Assembly (NCBI GenBank): GCA_029260875.1 | Contig: JAJDCL010000028.1 | Coordinates: 1,161-65,160, forward strand | Length of the DNA stretch: 64,000 nt | Reading direction: 5' to 3' | DNA from: Candidatus Saccharimonadota bacterium | Lineage (GTDB): Bacteria; Patescibacteriota; Saccharimonadia; Saccharimonadales; OFTM59 | Part shown: positions 9,383 through 16,881 of the stretch, in pieces | Layout: every line of letters begins with the position of its first letter | How positions within the stretch are numbered: the stretch's first letter is position 1 | Made by a program: the position numbers and the translations under genes | Notes under the pieces: generated by a model | What the model was told of the DNA's origin: nothing | Databases searched by the model: none | What the model saw: the letters and a program-made list of their open reading frames with translations, nothing else

Positions 9383-10249
9383 TTACACGTCAGCGTTAAG
9401 CGACACTCGCAACGCACGGCGAACACCTAGGCTGTCGCTATATAAGCTGTAAGTGCCGGACTGACCTAACTCAAGTTGGCCTCCGGGCGCACAGATGGTT
9501 GGGACGATACCGTTTGAAACACCAGCGCGATTATCGGGATAGTGAATAAGTTTTGTACTGGTGTCACGACCATCAAGCAGGGTTTGACCATTGGTTCGAA
9601 GCATCGCATTATTAATAATAATTTGCCCTATAGTGGCAGCGTCAATAATCAGACCCATCTCGGCTGCACGTTGTTGTTCGTCATTCAAGTTAGTACGCTG
9701 CTCCGTAGTAGTTTTACTCACGGGGAATAATCCCTGACCTTCCACGTATACCAGGCCTGGCTCCTCGTGTCTGTTGGCATAGTGTTGTGACTCAAGTGGA
9801 TCCATAACATCGCCAAGTAAAATACCCAAATAAAATTTGCCGATTCTCCCGTTATCATGAATAGGAGCTCTATCGTCATGTTCAGCCCACGCGTCACTCA
9901 ACGTCATCGTCTTGGTATCGTCGCTCTGCCCCTGATCAAAACGAGTAATAATACCTGGTTCATCTGCTGTACCAAATAATCCAAAAGCTTGAGCACTGGG
10001 CGCAATAACTAAATTGTCCTTGGCACCCTGGACTCTGCGCAAAGCAAGGAGAACTCTTGCAGCATAGGGGATATTAGCCTGCAACTTGTCGTAGGTGGGT
10101 ATTTCATTTTGCTTCGCAAATCCAAGTTGCCCTAAAGCCTCAATGTTAAGCTGGTGCTGAGCTTCAAGCCAACTTAATTCTACGCTCGTATCCTCTGGTA
10201 CAAAGTTAGCGACTTCGGGGGCTGGCGCGTCTTCAAAACTAGTTTTCAC
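9383..10249 (-). CDS. Hypothetical protein (orphan)
   Basis: 288-aa ORF, convergent with gltX. No recognisable motif. Confidence 0.45.
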   Translation of the reverse strand: MKTSFEDAPAPEVANFVPEDTSVELSWLEAQHQLNIEALGQLGFAKQNEIPTYDKLQANIPYAARVLLALRRVQGAKDNLVIAPSAQAFGLFGTADEPGIITRFDQGQSDDTKTMTLSDAWAEHDDRAPIHDNGRIGKFYLGILLGDVMDPLESQHYANRHEEPGLVYVEGQGLFPVSKTTTEQRTNLNDEQQRAAEMGLIIDAATIGQIIINNAMLRTNGQTLLDGRDTSTKLIHYPDNRAGVSNGIVPTICAPGGQLELGQSGTYSLYSDSLGVRRALRVSLNADV

Positions 10250-10423
10250 GGTTGATGCTCTCCTTAATCATTATATTTAGTATACCATGCCTGTCAATAT
10301 AATGCAAGTTGTTGAGTCACCGAAGTTATATTGTGAGAAAACATTGATTCTTGTATCAATAGGGTAGGTTAACCCTTGCTTGGGGCTGGCATCGTAAGCG
10401 GAAGCGTTTTATACTAGACTTCT

Positions 10424-11665
10424 ATGCAAGACGACATAATGCCGCCAGACAGGCGCGACCCTATACTTGATGGCCAAGAACATAAAAGCACGCCTACATC
10501 AGGCAACGAGCAACACGCCGAGTTCGAACCAGCCCACAAGACAGAAGACCAAACCGGACTCTCTTCAGGCAGCGAATCAGTTAAGGCAAAAAGGCCAAAC
10601 GCACTCAGGACCTTTATTAGGCGCTGGAAGTCATTTAGCAAAAAGCAAAGGATCGGCCTACTTATTGCCTTTGGAGCTATCCTTATTGGTTTAACTGTGG
10701 GTGCATTAGCGCTCTTTACCCCAGACCCGCCACTCCCCAAGCCCCCGGTTATTGCACCAAAAGTAGAACCGCCCAAACCAACAACAGAAGCATCTCGCTT
10801 GACAGGCGTGCAGATTTCGCCAGAGCTTAATAAGATGCCAGTTACTGGTGTAATGATAGAAAACAGTCCAGATGCGCGCCCACAAGCTGGCCTAAAAGAC
10901 GCAGGGGTTGTGTTTGAAGCTATAGCTGAAGGTGGGATTACACGCTTTTTGGCACTGTTTATGGAAGATCAGCCAGATTACATCGGGCCTGTACGTTCTG
11001 TTCGCCCATATTATTTGGACTTCTTGGCACCGTTTGACGCAGCTATCGCGCACGCTGGTGGCAGCGCTGAAGGCCTGGCTCAAATCCGCAGCGAAGGCAT
11101 CAAGGACCTGGATCATTCGGGCAACGGAGCCACATATCAGCGCGTATCTAACCGCTTTGCGCCTCACAACCTCTATACCTCTAGAGCTAAGTTACTCGAA
11201 CTCCAAAACAGAAAGGGCTACACCACGAGTACTTTTACCGGCTACCCGCGCAAAGAAAAAGAGACGCCCATTGCAGTCCCAACGGCTAAAAGCGTTGATT
11301 TTGACATTTCGCGCGCACTATATAACGTTCATTATGATTACGATGCTGCGACAAACAGCTATAAACGAGTTTTAGGTGGCCAACCACACACTGACGAACG
11401 ATCAGGCGAACAGATTGCACCCAAAGTAGTAATTGCTATAGTCACTAACCGGAGCCAAAACGGAATTTACTCCGTCTACCAAACAACAGGCGCAGGGACT
11501 GTTATGGTGTTCCAGGACGGCGGTTTAGTAGAGGGCACTTGGGAAAAGCCTAACCGAAAAAGCATGTATACGTTCAAGACAGCAGATGGGAAGCCCTTAT
11601 CACTTAACCCAGGGCGCACATGGATCACTATGGTTACCCCTGGCGCCGTCAAACACACCCCCTAG
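10424..11665 (+). CDS. DUF3048-family (YerB-like) secreted or membrane-anchored protein
   Basis: 413 aa. A TM anchor and a Pro-rich linker are followed by NSPDARPQAGLKDAGVVFEAIAEGGITRFLALF, which is typical of DUF3048. Confidence 0.7.
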   Translation: MQDDIMPPDRRDPILDGQEHKSTPTSGNEQHAEFEPAHKTEDQTGLSSGSESVKAKRPNALRTFIRRWKSFSKKQRIGLLIAFGAILIGLTVGALALFTPDPPLPKPPVIAPKVEPPKPTTEASRLTGVQISPELNKMPVTGVMIENSPDARPQAGLKDAGVVFEAIAEGGITRFLALFMEDQPDYIGPVRSVRPYYLDFLAPFDAAIAHAGGSAEGLAQIRSEGIKDLDHSGNGATYQRVSNRFAPHNLYTSRAKLLELQNRKGYTTSTFTGYPRKEKETPIAVPTAKSVDFDISRALYNVHYDYDAATNSYKRVLGGQPHTDERSGEQIAPKVVIAIVTNRSQNGIYSVYQTTGAGTVMVFQDGGLVEGTWEKPNRKSMYTFKTADGKPLSLNPGRTWITMVTPGAVKHTP

Positions 11666-11706
11666 AAATTCTGGCAACACTAGTTGAGTAAGCGCTGGTC
11701 GCAAGG

Positions 11707-11715
11707 TGTTATAAT
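11707..11715 (+). promoter_or_regulatory. Extended -10 promoter element (TGtTATAAT) upstream of the asparaginase gene
   Basis: gTGtTATAAT lies at 11707-11715, just 9 nt before the ATG at 11724. No good -35 at 17 nt. Confidence 0.35.
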
Positions 11716-11723
11716 GAATTATT

Positions 11724-12755
11724 ATGTATGTTCGTATTCTGCTAATTGGTTTTGGCGGGACTATTGCTATGGCCCGCAATGACGAAGGGGCTCTTGTACC
11801 GGCGCGTTCTGCAGAGGAGCTGGTTGATCAAGCTCCTGGTCTGAAAAAACTTGGAGCCGAACTGGATGTATTGCAGCTCCTCAATGAAGACAGTACAGAT
11901 ATTACGCCAGAAGATTGGCAAATGCTGATTGCTAAAATCTACGAACTACATAACAAATATAACGGCGTTATCGTGGCCCACGGGACAGACACTATGGCAT
12001 ATACTGCAACTGCGACAGCTTTGGCATTTGGCAAAAGCCTTAATATTCCTATTGTTTTTACTGGATCTCAGCAAACCATGGATGAGGCCGGAACCGACGC
12101 CCGAGTCAACCTCGAACGGTCTATGAAAGTTATGGTAGAGTCAGTGAATAGTGGTGTCACTGAAACCATGGTTGTTTTTTCTACGCATGTAATGAGGGCT
12201 GTAAGGACTATCAAGACTAGTGAATCTCGTTTTGATGCATTTGACTCTCCTGGATTCCCGCATATTGCCGATCTGACAGCCAGCACGACTGTATTTAGCC
12301 CCATCACAATGAAAAAGCATCAGCAAACAACCATGAAACCCCCACTTAATGTTTTTGATACAGGTATCGTTGGAATCGAAGCAAAACCAGGCCTGCTTCC
12401 TGAGAATATCCGCGTATTAGCTCAGTCAAAGTCATGCACTGCATTGTTGATTAAGTCGCTCGGTGCCGGAAACGTACCAGCAAAAAAAGCTAAATACTCA
12501 CTGATACCAGTTATTGAAGAGCTCGTTAGCCTAGGCAAGCCTGTTATCCTGGCCACAAAGTTTGTCGGTGGTCGAACAAATCCAGAAATATACCTTCCTG
12601 GACGCGCCGCCCTGAAAGCTGGCGCTGGTCATGCCGGCAATATGACTGATGTCGCAGCTGAAGTAAAGTTGATGTGGCTGCTAGGTCAAGGTATCCGTGA
12701 CCCCAAGGCCGTCAGCGAAGCTATGCTCAAATCCTACATAGGCGAAGTCGATTAA
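11724..12755 (+). CDS. Type I L-asparaginase family protein
   Basis: 343 aa with LLIGFGGTIAM (catalytic Thr motif) and HGTDTMAYTA. Confidence 0.85.
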   Translation: MYVRILLIGFGGTIAMARNDEGALVPARSAEELVDQAPGLKKLGAELDVLQLLNEDSTDITPEDWQMLIAKIYELHNKYNGVIVAHGTDTMAYTATATALAFGKSLNIPIVFTGSQQTMDEAGTDARVNLERSMKVMVESVNSGVTETMVVFSTHVMRAVRTIKTSESRFDAFDSPGFPHIADLTASTTVFSPITMKKHQQTTMKPPLNVFDTGIVGIEAKPGLLPENIRVLAQSKSCTALLIKSLGAGNVPAKKAKYSLIPVIEELVSLGKPVILATKFVGGRTNPEIYLPGRAALKAGAGHAGNMTDVAAEVKLMWLLGQGIRDPKAVSEAMLKSYIGEVD

Positions 12756-12949
12756 CTAGATTTATCCTTGTGTTTTATAATGATGATGGTCGTGTGGGTA
12801 CTTTTGTCTTAATGGGCGGATTTCTACTCGCAGGCTTATACAAACCATTTTTATCCGTAGTCTTGCGGATGATAAAACCCCAAAGTCGTTTTATCTACAA
12901 AGGCCTGGCGACGGCCAACTCTTCAAATCCTAAAAAGGATGGTTTGTAT

Positions 12950-13291
12950 ATGAATTATCAAAATCCGGACGGCGTAACCGTCCACGATGGGTTCCCAAAC
13001 CCAGCCACCGACACTTCACTCCAACCTCTTGATCTAAACAGCCTGTTAATAACACACACCGCTACAACCTACTTAATGCGCCTGTCTGGAGATGAATGGC
13101 AGGCTTTAGGCATTTTTGACGGCGATATATTAATTGTTGACCGATCCGTAAATGCCCGCCCAAATGATTTAGTTGTCTGGACCAAAGCCGACCGGTTCAT
13201 CATCAGCCACGAACACCAAGTAGAGGAGGGCAGCCCCGTCTGGGGCGTAATCACCTCAACCATCCACCAGTTTAGAAAGGTGAGCAGATGA
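12950..13291 (+). CDS. UmuD-like S24-fold protein lacking the Ser/Lys dyad and the cleavage site
   Basis: It aligns by eye to E. coli UmuD from CGFPSPA onward (here DGFPNPA...LDLNSLLITH...SGDEW...DGDILIVD...). I prefer the ATG at 12950, preceded by AAAAGGA, over the track start at 12770. The stop overlaps the umuC start in ATGA. Confidence 0.7.
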   Translation: MNYQNPDGVTVHDGFPNPATDTSLQPLDLNSLLITHTATTYLMRLSGDEWQALGIFDGDILIVDRSVNARPNDLVVWTKADRFIISHEHQVEEGSPVWGVITSTIHQFRKVSR

Positions 13292-14574
13292 AGTCACCAG
13301 TTTTTGCACTTATAGACTGCAATAACTTCTTCGTTTCATGTGAGAGGCTATTCAGGCCGGACCTGGAAGGCAAACCAGTAGTGGTTATGTCGTCCGGCGA
13401 TGGCTGCGTGGTGGCGCGCAGCAACGAGGCCAAGGCGCTTGGCATTCCAATGGGCGCGCCAGTATTCAAATATCGTCATATCTTTAAAGCACAGGGCGTA
13501 GTGCAGTTCAGCGGGAACTTTGAATTGTACGGTGATATTTCTCGTCGTATTACCGATGTACTAACTTCTGTTACCCCAAAAATTGAGGTGTATTCGGTGG
13601 ATGAATCGTTTTTAGATCTTGGCGAGCTAGCCATTGATGATTACGAGGCGTGGGGCAGGACAGTGAGCGACAAAATCTGGCAATGGATCGGGGTGCCGGT
13701 ATCCGTAGGCATAGCGCCTACCAAAACTCTCGCCAAACTAGCTGCCGACCAGGTCAAAAAAGACCCCGACCTCAATAGCGTCCTGAACCTCATAAGTGTG
13801 AAAGGTTTATCCTTTCACACTTGGTTGCGGACTACGCCTATCCAGGATGTGTGGGGTGTTGGGTGGCGGTCGGCACCGAAAATGAAGGCCGAGGGGATCC
13901 ATAACGCACTGCAACTCAGCCAGTTAAGGCCACAACGTGCTCAGCAGTTGATGGGTATTCACGGCCGGCAACTAGTAGCAGAATTAAACGGCCTGAGTTG
14001 CTATCCGCTAGAGCGAGAAGAAAGGGCACAAAAAAGCATAGCCCGTACCCGCACGTTTGGCGAAGATACAAGTGAGCTTGGTTCTTTAGAGGCAGCATTG
14101 GCATCATTTACCACCAAAGCCGCCTTCCGGTTGCGCGCAGACCGTCAGCTTGCCAAGCGAGCCGGTGTGTTTGCCAGCACCAATAAGCACAAACCCGGCT
14201 ACCGGACGTGGCAACGGGAGGTGTGTTTCCCGGTTGCGACAGCTGATACGGGCAAACTTATCGGAAGTGTCATAGACTTATTTCGTGAGTTTTACAATCC
14301 GCACGTTAAGTACCACAGGGCGGGGGTCTGGTTACAAGATTTTGTATCGGCTGATTATTTGCAAACTGACGTGTTCGGGGCTGTAAATGTAGTGGAAGAA
14401 GACCGATCTAAGGCCCGTATGCAAACCCTAGATTCCATCAACGAGCGTTTCGGTCGCAGCACCATCCGCTACGCCACCGAAGATCTCGGCAACGCCTGGC
14501 AGCCCAAGCATCAGCTACGCAGCCCCCGCTATGTCACCCGCTGGAACGAACTGCCGGTTGTTCGCAGTAGCTAA
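13288..14574 (+). CDS. umuC: Y-family translesion DNA polymerase (UmuC-like)
   Basis: 428 aa with the N-terminus FALIDCNNFFVSCERLFRPDLEGKPVVV and the motif YSVDESFLD. Translationally coupled to the umuD-like gene. Confidence 0.9.
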   Translation: MKSPVFALIDCNNFFVSCERLFRPDLEGKPVVVMSSGDGCVVARSNEAKALGIPMGAPVFKYRHIFKAQGVVQFSGNFELYGDISRRITDVLTSVTPKIEVYSVDESFLDLGELAIDDYEAWGRTVSDKIWQWIGVPVSVGIAPTKTLAKLAADQVKKDPDLNSVLNLISVKGLSFHTWLRTTPIQDVWGVGWRSAPKMKAEGIHNALQLSQLRPQRAQQLMGIHGRQLVAELNGLSCYPLEREERAQKSIARTRTFGEDTSELGSLEAALASFTTKAAFRLRADRQLAKRAGVFASTNKHKPGYRTWQREVCFPVATADTGKLIGSVIDLFREFYNPHVKYHRAGVWLQDFVSADYLQTDVFGAVNVVEEDRSKARMQTLDSINERFGRSTIRYATEDLGNAWQPKHQLRSPRYVTRWNELPVVRSS

Positions 14575-14587
14575 ATCCCATCTGTTA

Positions 14588-14596
14588 TGCTACAAT
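14588..14596 (+). promoter_or_regulatory. Extended -10 promoter (TGCTACAAT) for the tRNA-like/tRNA-Glu transcription unit
   Basis: TGCTACAAT lies at 14588-14596, 15 nt before the tRNA-like 5' end at 14611. The -35 (TAGCTA at 17-nt spacing) is weak. Confidence 0.4.
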
Positions 14597-14610
14597 TTTC
14601 CGGTCTTTAA

Positions 14611-14799
14611 GGCCCCGTCGTCTAGTGGTCCAAGATATCTGCATCTTTACCCCACAAAACAGGTTTTGCGGGGACCCCGTATCATCCAGAAGATCGCGGG
14701 TTCGGTGTACGAAGAACGGAGTGATAAGATAAGCTTGCTTAATCTTAGCGCGAGTACCGCAGGAAAGAGCGTAGCGATATCCCGCAGATTTAACAATAA
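14611..14799 (+). ncRNA. tRNA-derived structured module (Glu/Asp-like 5' half and split T-arm, no acceptor 3' strand); pseudo-tRNA or novel tRNA-like RNA
   Basis: GGCCCCG-TC-GTCT-AGTGGTCCA-AGAT-A-TCTGC-ATCTTTA occupies 14611-14649. A 24-nt hairpin follows at 14650-14673, then CCAGA-AGATC-GCGGG-TTCG at 14686-14704. A structured insert of about 75 nt follows, then CCCGC at 14781-14785. No CGGGGCC acceptor partner precedes tRNA-Glu. Confidence 0.3.
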
Positions 14800-14874
14800 G
14801 GTCCCATCGTCTAGCGGTTAGGACACCAGGTTCTCATCCTGGCAACAGGGGTTCGATTCCCCTTGGGATCACCA
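14800..14874 (+). tRNA. tRNA-Glu(CUC), CCA encoded
   Basis: Sequence is GGTCCCATCGTCTAGCGGTTAGGACACCAGGTTCTCATCCTGGCAACAGGGGTTCGATTCCCCTTGGGATCACCA. The anticodon stem is CCAGG/CCTGG, the loop is TT-CTC-AT and the T-loop is GGTTCGATTCC. Confidence 0.9.
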
Positions 14875-16375
14875 CAAGAGACTCATCTACATCAGATGGG
14901 TCTTTTTTGTTTGCTATAACAGATAACAGCGGGCTTAATTTTGCGGTTCCAAAACCGTTTTCAAAGTCATATACGATTCCATCTGGAAAAAGTAACTTTT
15001 GAATATCTTGTCGTATCTTGGTATTTGCACGGTTCCAGAATATGTCAGGTGTGGTTATGAAACTCATTGCATCATCTACGATCTGTTCTTTTTCCTTTAC
15101 GTACTGGTCGGCCTCAATTTGCTCATCCTCTAGATCATTAATCTTTTCTGCAATATTGGCGATCTGAGCCTGCTTATCCTCCTCAGTGATCTTATCCAAG
15201 ATAAACTTTTCTGTGGTAGCTTTTCTAAGTTGGCGGTAATAGTCGATCTCCTTGCTTATGCGTGCGGCGTTCTCAACAGCTTGGCCATACTCATCGTTCC
15301 ACGCTCTGAGCACGATTACCTTGTATAGCTTGGTGATACCACTGAGGGGTCTTAGGTTCTCGAGGTACTCCCTGAATAATTTATGCGTTATATCAGCATC
15401 TGCGCTGGCTTTTCTGCCAGTTACTTTCTTTTTGCAGGTAGGCTGATTGCAATGGTACATGGGGTAGTAGCTACCACTCCTGCCTCTAGACGAGCTGGCT
15501 GTAAGTGCCTTGCTGCAATTTGAGCACAGTAAGGTGCCTCTCAATGGGAACATGTCATCGCCACGAAGTACGTAGGTCTTTTTTGAGCCCTGTATCAAGT
15601 CAATGTTCTTGTAGATTACTTCCTCATCAACCAACGCCTTGTGCATGCCTCTATGGACTTTAGGGGATAGCTTATTCTTGGTATAACCCGCATAGATTAG
15701 ATTCTGGAGTATCTTTTTCAATGCATCAGTTGATTTTGGCTTACCACTCTTGGTCTGTATGCCTTGCGTAAACGCATAGCGTGCAATCTGTGCAAGTGAA
15801 AAAGTACCAGTTGAGAACTTAACGAGAACATCAGTAATCTTTGATGCGTAGACAGGATCGGCAACAACACGTGCGTTCTTTTTAGTGTAGCCAATAGGTG
15901 CCGAGTGTGGCCAGCCACCTTGCTCGACCCTTACACGCATGCCGCTCACTGTACGTATCGCACGGATCTCATTATCGAACTGTGCCGCAGCTGCAAGGAT
16001 TGCCTCAAGAAATCTGCCGACAGGATCATCATCAATAGGCTCAGTAACAGATACAATCCTCACACCATACTTAGCAAGTGCAACCTTAATACCATAGTAA
16101 TCACCTAGGTTGCGTGCCAGTCGATCAATTTTCCAGATGTATAGAATCTCAACCTGATTCTTTTTATCTTTGACGTATTGGAGTAGGTTCTGTAACTCTG
16201 GTCGATCTATGAACTTGGCCGATTCGCCTCGCTCTCTGAATATGTTTTGTTCTGGAACTAGAGTTTTCTGATCTTGTGCAAACTTTTTACACTCTTTCTC
16301 TTGAGAATCTAGGCTGGTTTTGCCATCAACTTGTTCCTTTGTGGAGACACGTGTATAGATAATTCCAACGCTCAT
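14834..16375 (-). CDS. Large serine recombinase (integrase)
   Basis: 513 aa. The N-terminal resolvase domain has IIYTRVSTKEQ (catalytic Ser) and IDRLARN. The recombinase domain has GGWPHSAPIGY. A Cys-rich zinc ribbon (LLCSNCSKAL...YHCNQPTCKKK) and a coiled-coil tail follow. The 3' end is antisense to the terminator and tRNA-Glu. Confidence 0.9.
   Translation of the reverse strand: MSVGIIYTRVSTKEQVDGKTSLDSQEKECKKFAQDQKTLVPEQNIFRERGESAKFIDRPELQNLLQYVKDKKNQVEILYIWKIDRLARNLGDYYGIKVALAKYGVRIVSVTEPIDDDPVGRFLEAILAAAAQFDNEIRAIRTVSGMRVRVEQGGWPHSAPIGYTKKNARVVADPVYASKITDVLVKFSTGTFSLAQIARYAFTQGIQTKSGKPKSTDALKKILQNLIYAGYTKNKLSPKVHRGMHKALVDEEVIYKNIDLIQGSKKTYVLRGDDMFPLRGTLLCSNCSKALTASSSRGRSGSYYPMYHCNQPTCKKKVTGRKASADADITHKLFREYLENLRPLSGITKLYKVIVLRAWNDEYGQAVENAARISKEIDYYRQLRKATTEKFILDKITEEDKQAQIANIAEKINDLEDEQIEADQYVKEKEQIVDDAMSFITTPDIFWNRANTKIRQDIQKLLFPDGIVYDFENGFGTAKLSPLLSVIANKKDPSDVDESLVVIPRGIEPLLPG
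14881..14908 (+). terminator. Intrinsic terminator of the tRNA-Glu unit; also part of the left att-like repeat
   Basis: ACTCATCT-ACATC-AGATGGGT forms 8 bp including one G.U, followed by CTTTTTT. Confidence 0.7.
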
Positions 16376-16413
16376 GGAACCAGTATATAACGAAACTGTA
16401 ACTGTTATGAAAA

Positions 16414-16572
16414 CTAATTTAGATGTTTTGGAACCGAACTACGTATTGTTTCTCTCGCAACGGATTCCAGTAACACAATCAGGCGTTCTATCTCATCATC
16501 AGAAAACTGCTTGAACTCTGTACCAAGCAGTTTTCTCGCCTCTTTAATTGTGATGATGGGATCTGGTTGCAT
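16414..16572 (-). CDS. Small ORF (52 aa) upstream of and co-oriented with the recombinase; possible directionality or DNA-binding factor
   Basis: Own translation gives MQPDPIITIKEARKLLGTEFKQFSDDEIERLIVLLESVARETIRSSVPKHLN. It is below the track's size cut-off and ends 38 nt before the recombinase start. Confidence 0.35.
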   Translation of the reverse strand: MQPDPIITIKEARKLLGTEFKQFSDDEIERLIVLLESVARETIRSSVPKHLN

Positions 16573-16743
16573 TTGTGGCTCTCGTGCGAGCCAAGAAAAA
16601 AACAGCCCGCAACTTTAATAGTTGTCTTGGCTGTTTGCCTATGCAGGAAATTATACAGCTCACAGCAAAATCCGTAAATGTTACCACGGTGTTAACAACA
16701 TAGCCTATAGGTGTTTCTACCCCCGATGTAATAGAATAAAAAG

Positions 16744-16864
16744 GTCTAAACCAACAATTGAGGCGCACCAACAGTGCGTGATTAAGCCTTGTAATGGGCA
16801 TCACGCAGGCAGTAGGGCTTAATAACTCTATTGTTGGTTTAGACACCAGCGTGGTGTCCTTTTT
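16744..16864 (+). ncRNA. Candidate sRNA of about 120 nt: closed three-way junction plus intrinsic terminator
   Basis: P1 pairs 16744-16758 with 16830-16844 (15 perfect bp). P2 is 16763-16779. P3 pairs 16781-16788 with 16816-16823. The terminator GACACCA-GCG-TGGTGTC-CTTTTT lies at 16842-16864. A TAGAAT -10 lies at 16732-16737. Confidence 0.4.
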
Positions 16865-16881
16865 AATTTGAGGAGAAAATA

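Noticed and set aside
12770-12949. Longer start (12770) for the UmuD-like protein, adding 60 hydrophobic residues.
   Set aside because: The extension has no counterpart in UmuD/LexA. The ATG at 12950 has an AAGGA-type RBS and begins just before the conserved GFPxPA segment. This is not proven.
14611-14799. Group I intron (or archaeal-type BHB intron) interrupting a genuine tRNA.
   Set aside because: The inserts are about 37 and 75 nt, far below group I size. I see no P/Q/R/S core elements, no bulge-helix-bulge, and no acceptor 3' strand from which to rebuild a tRNA after removal. It is kept only as a tRNA-derived module of unknown status.
16544-16846. Overlapping ORFs 16544-16846 (-) and 16622-16822 (+) between the recombinase operon and the micro-ORF.
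   Set aside because: They are mutually antisense, Cys/His/Arg-rich and not protein-like. They coincide with the three-way-junction fold and its promoter.
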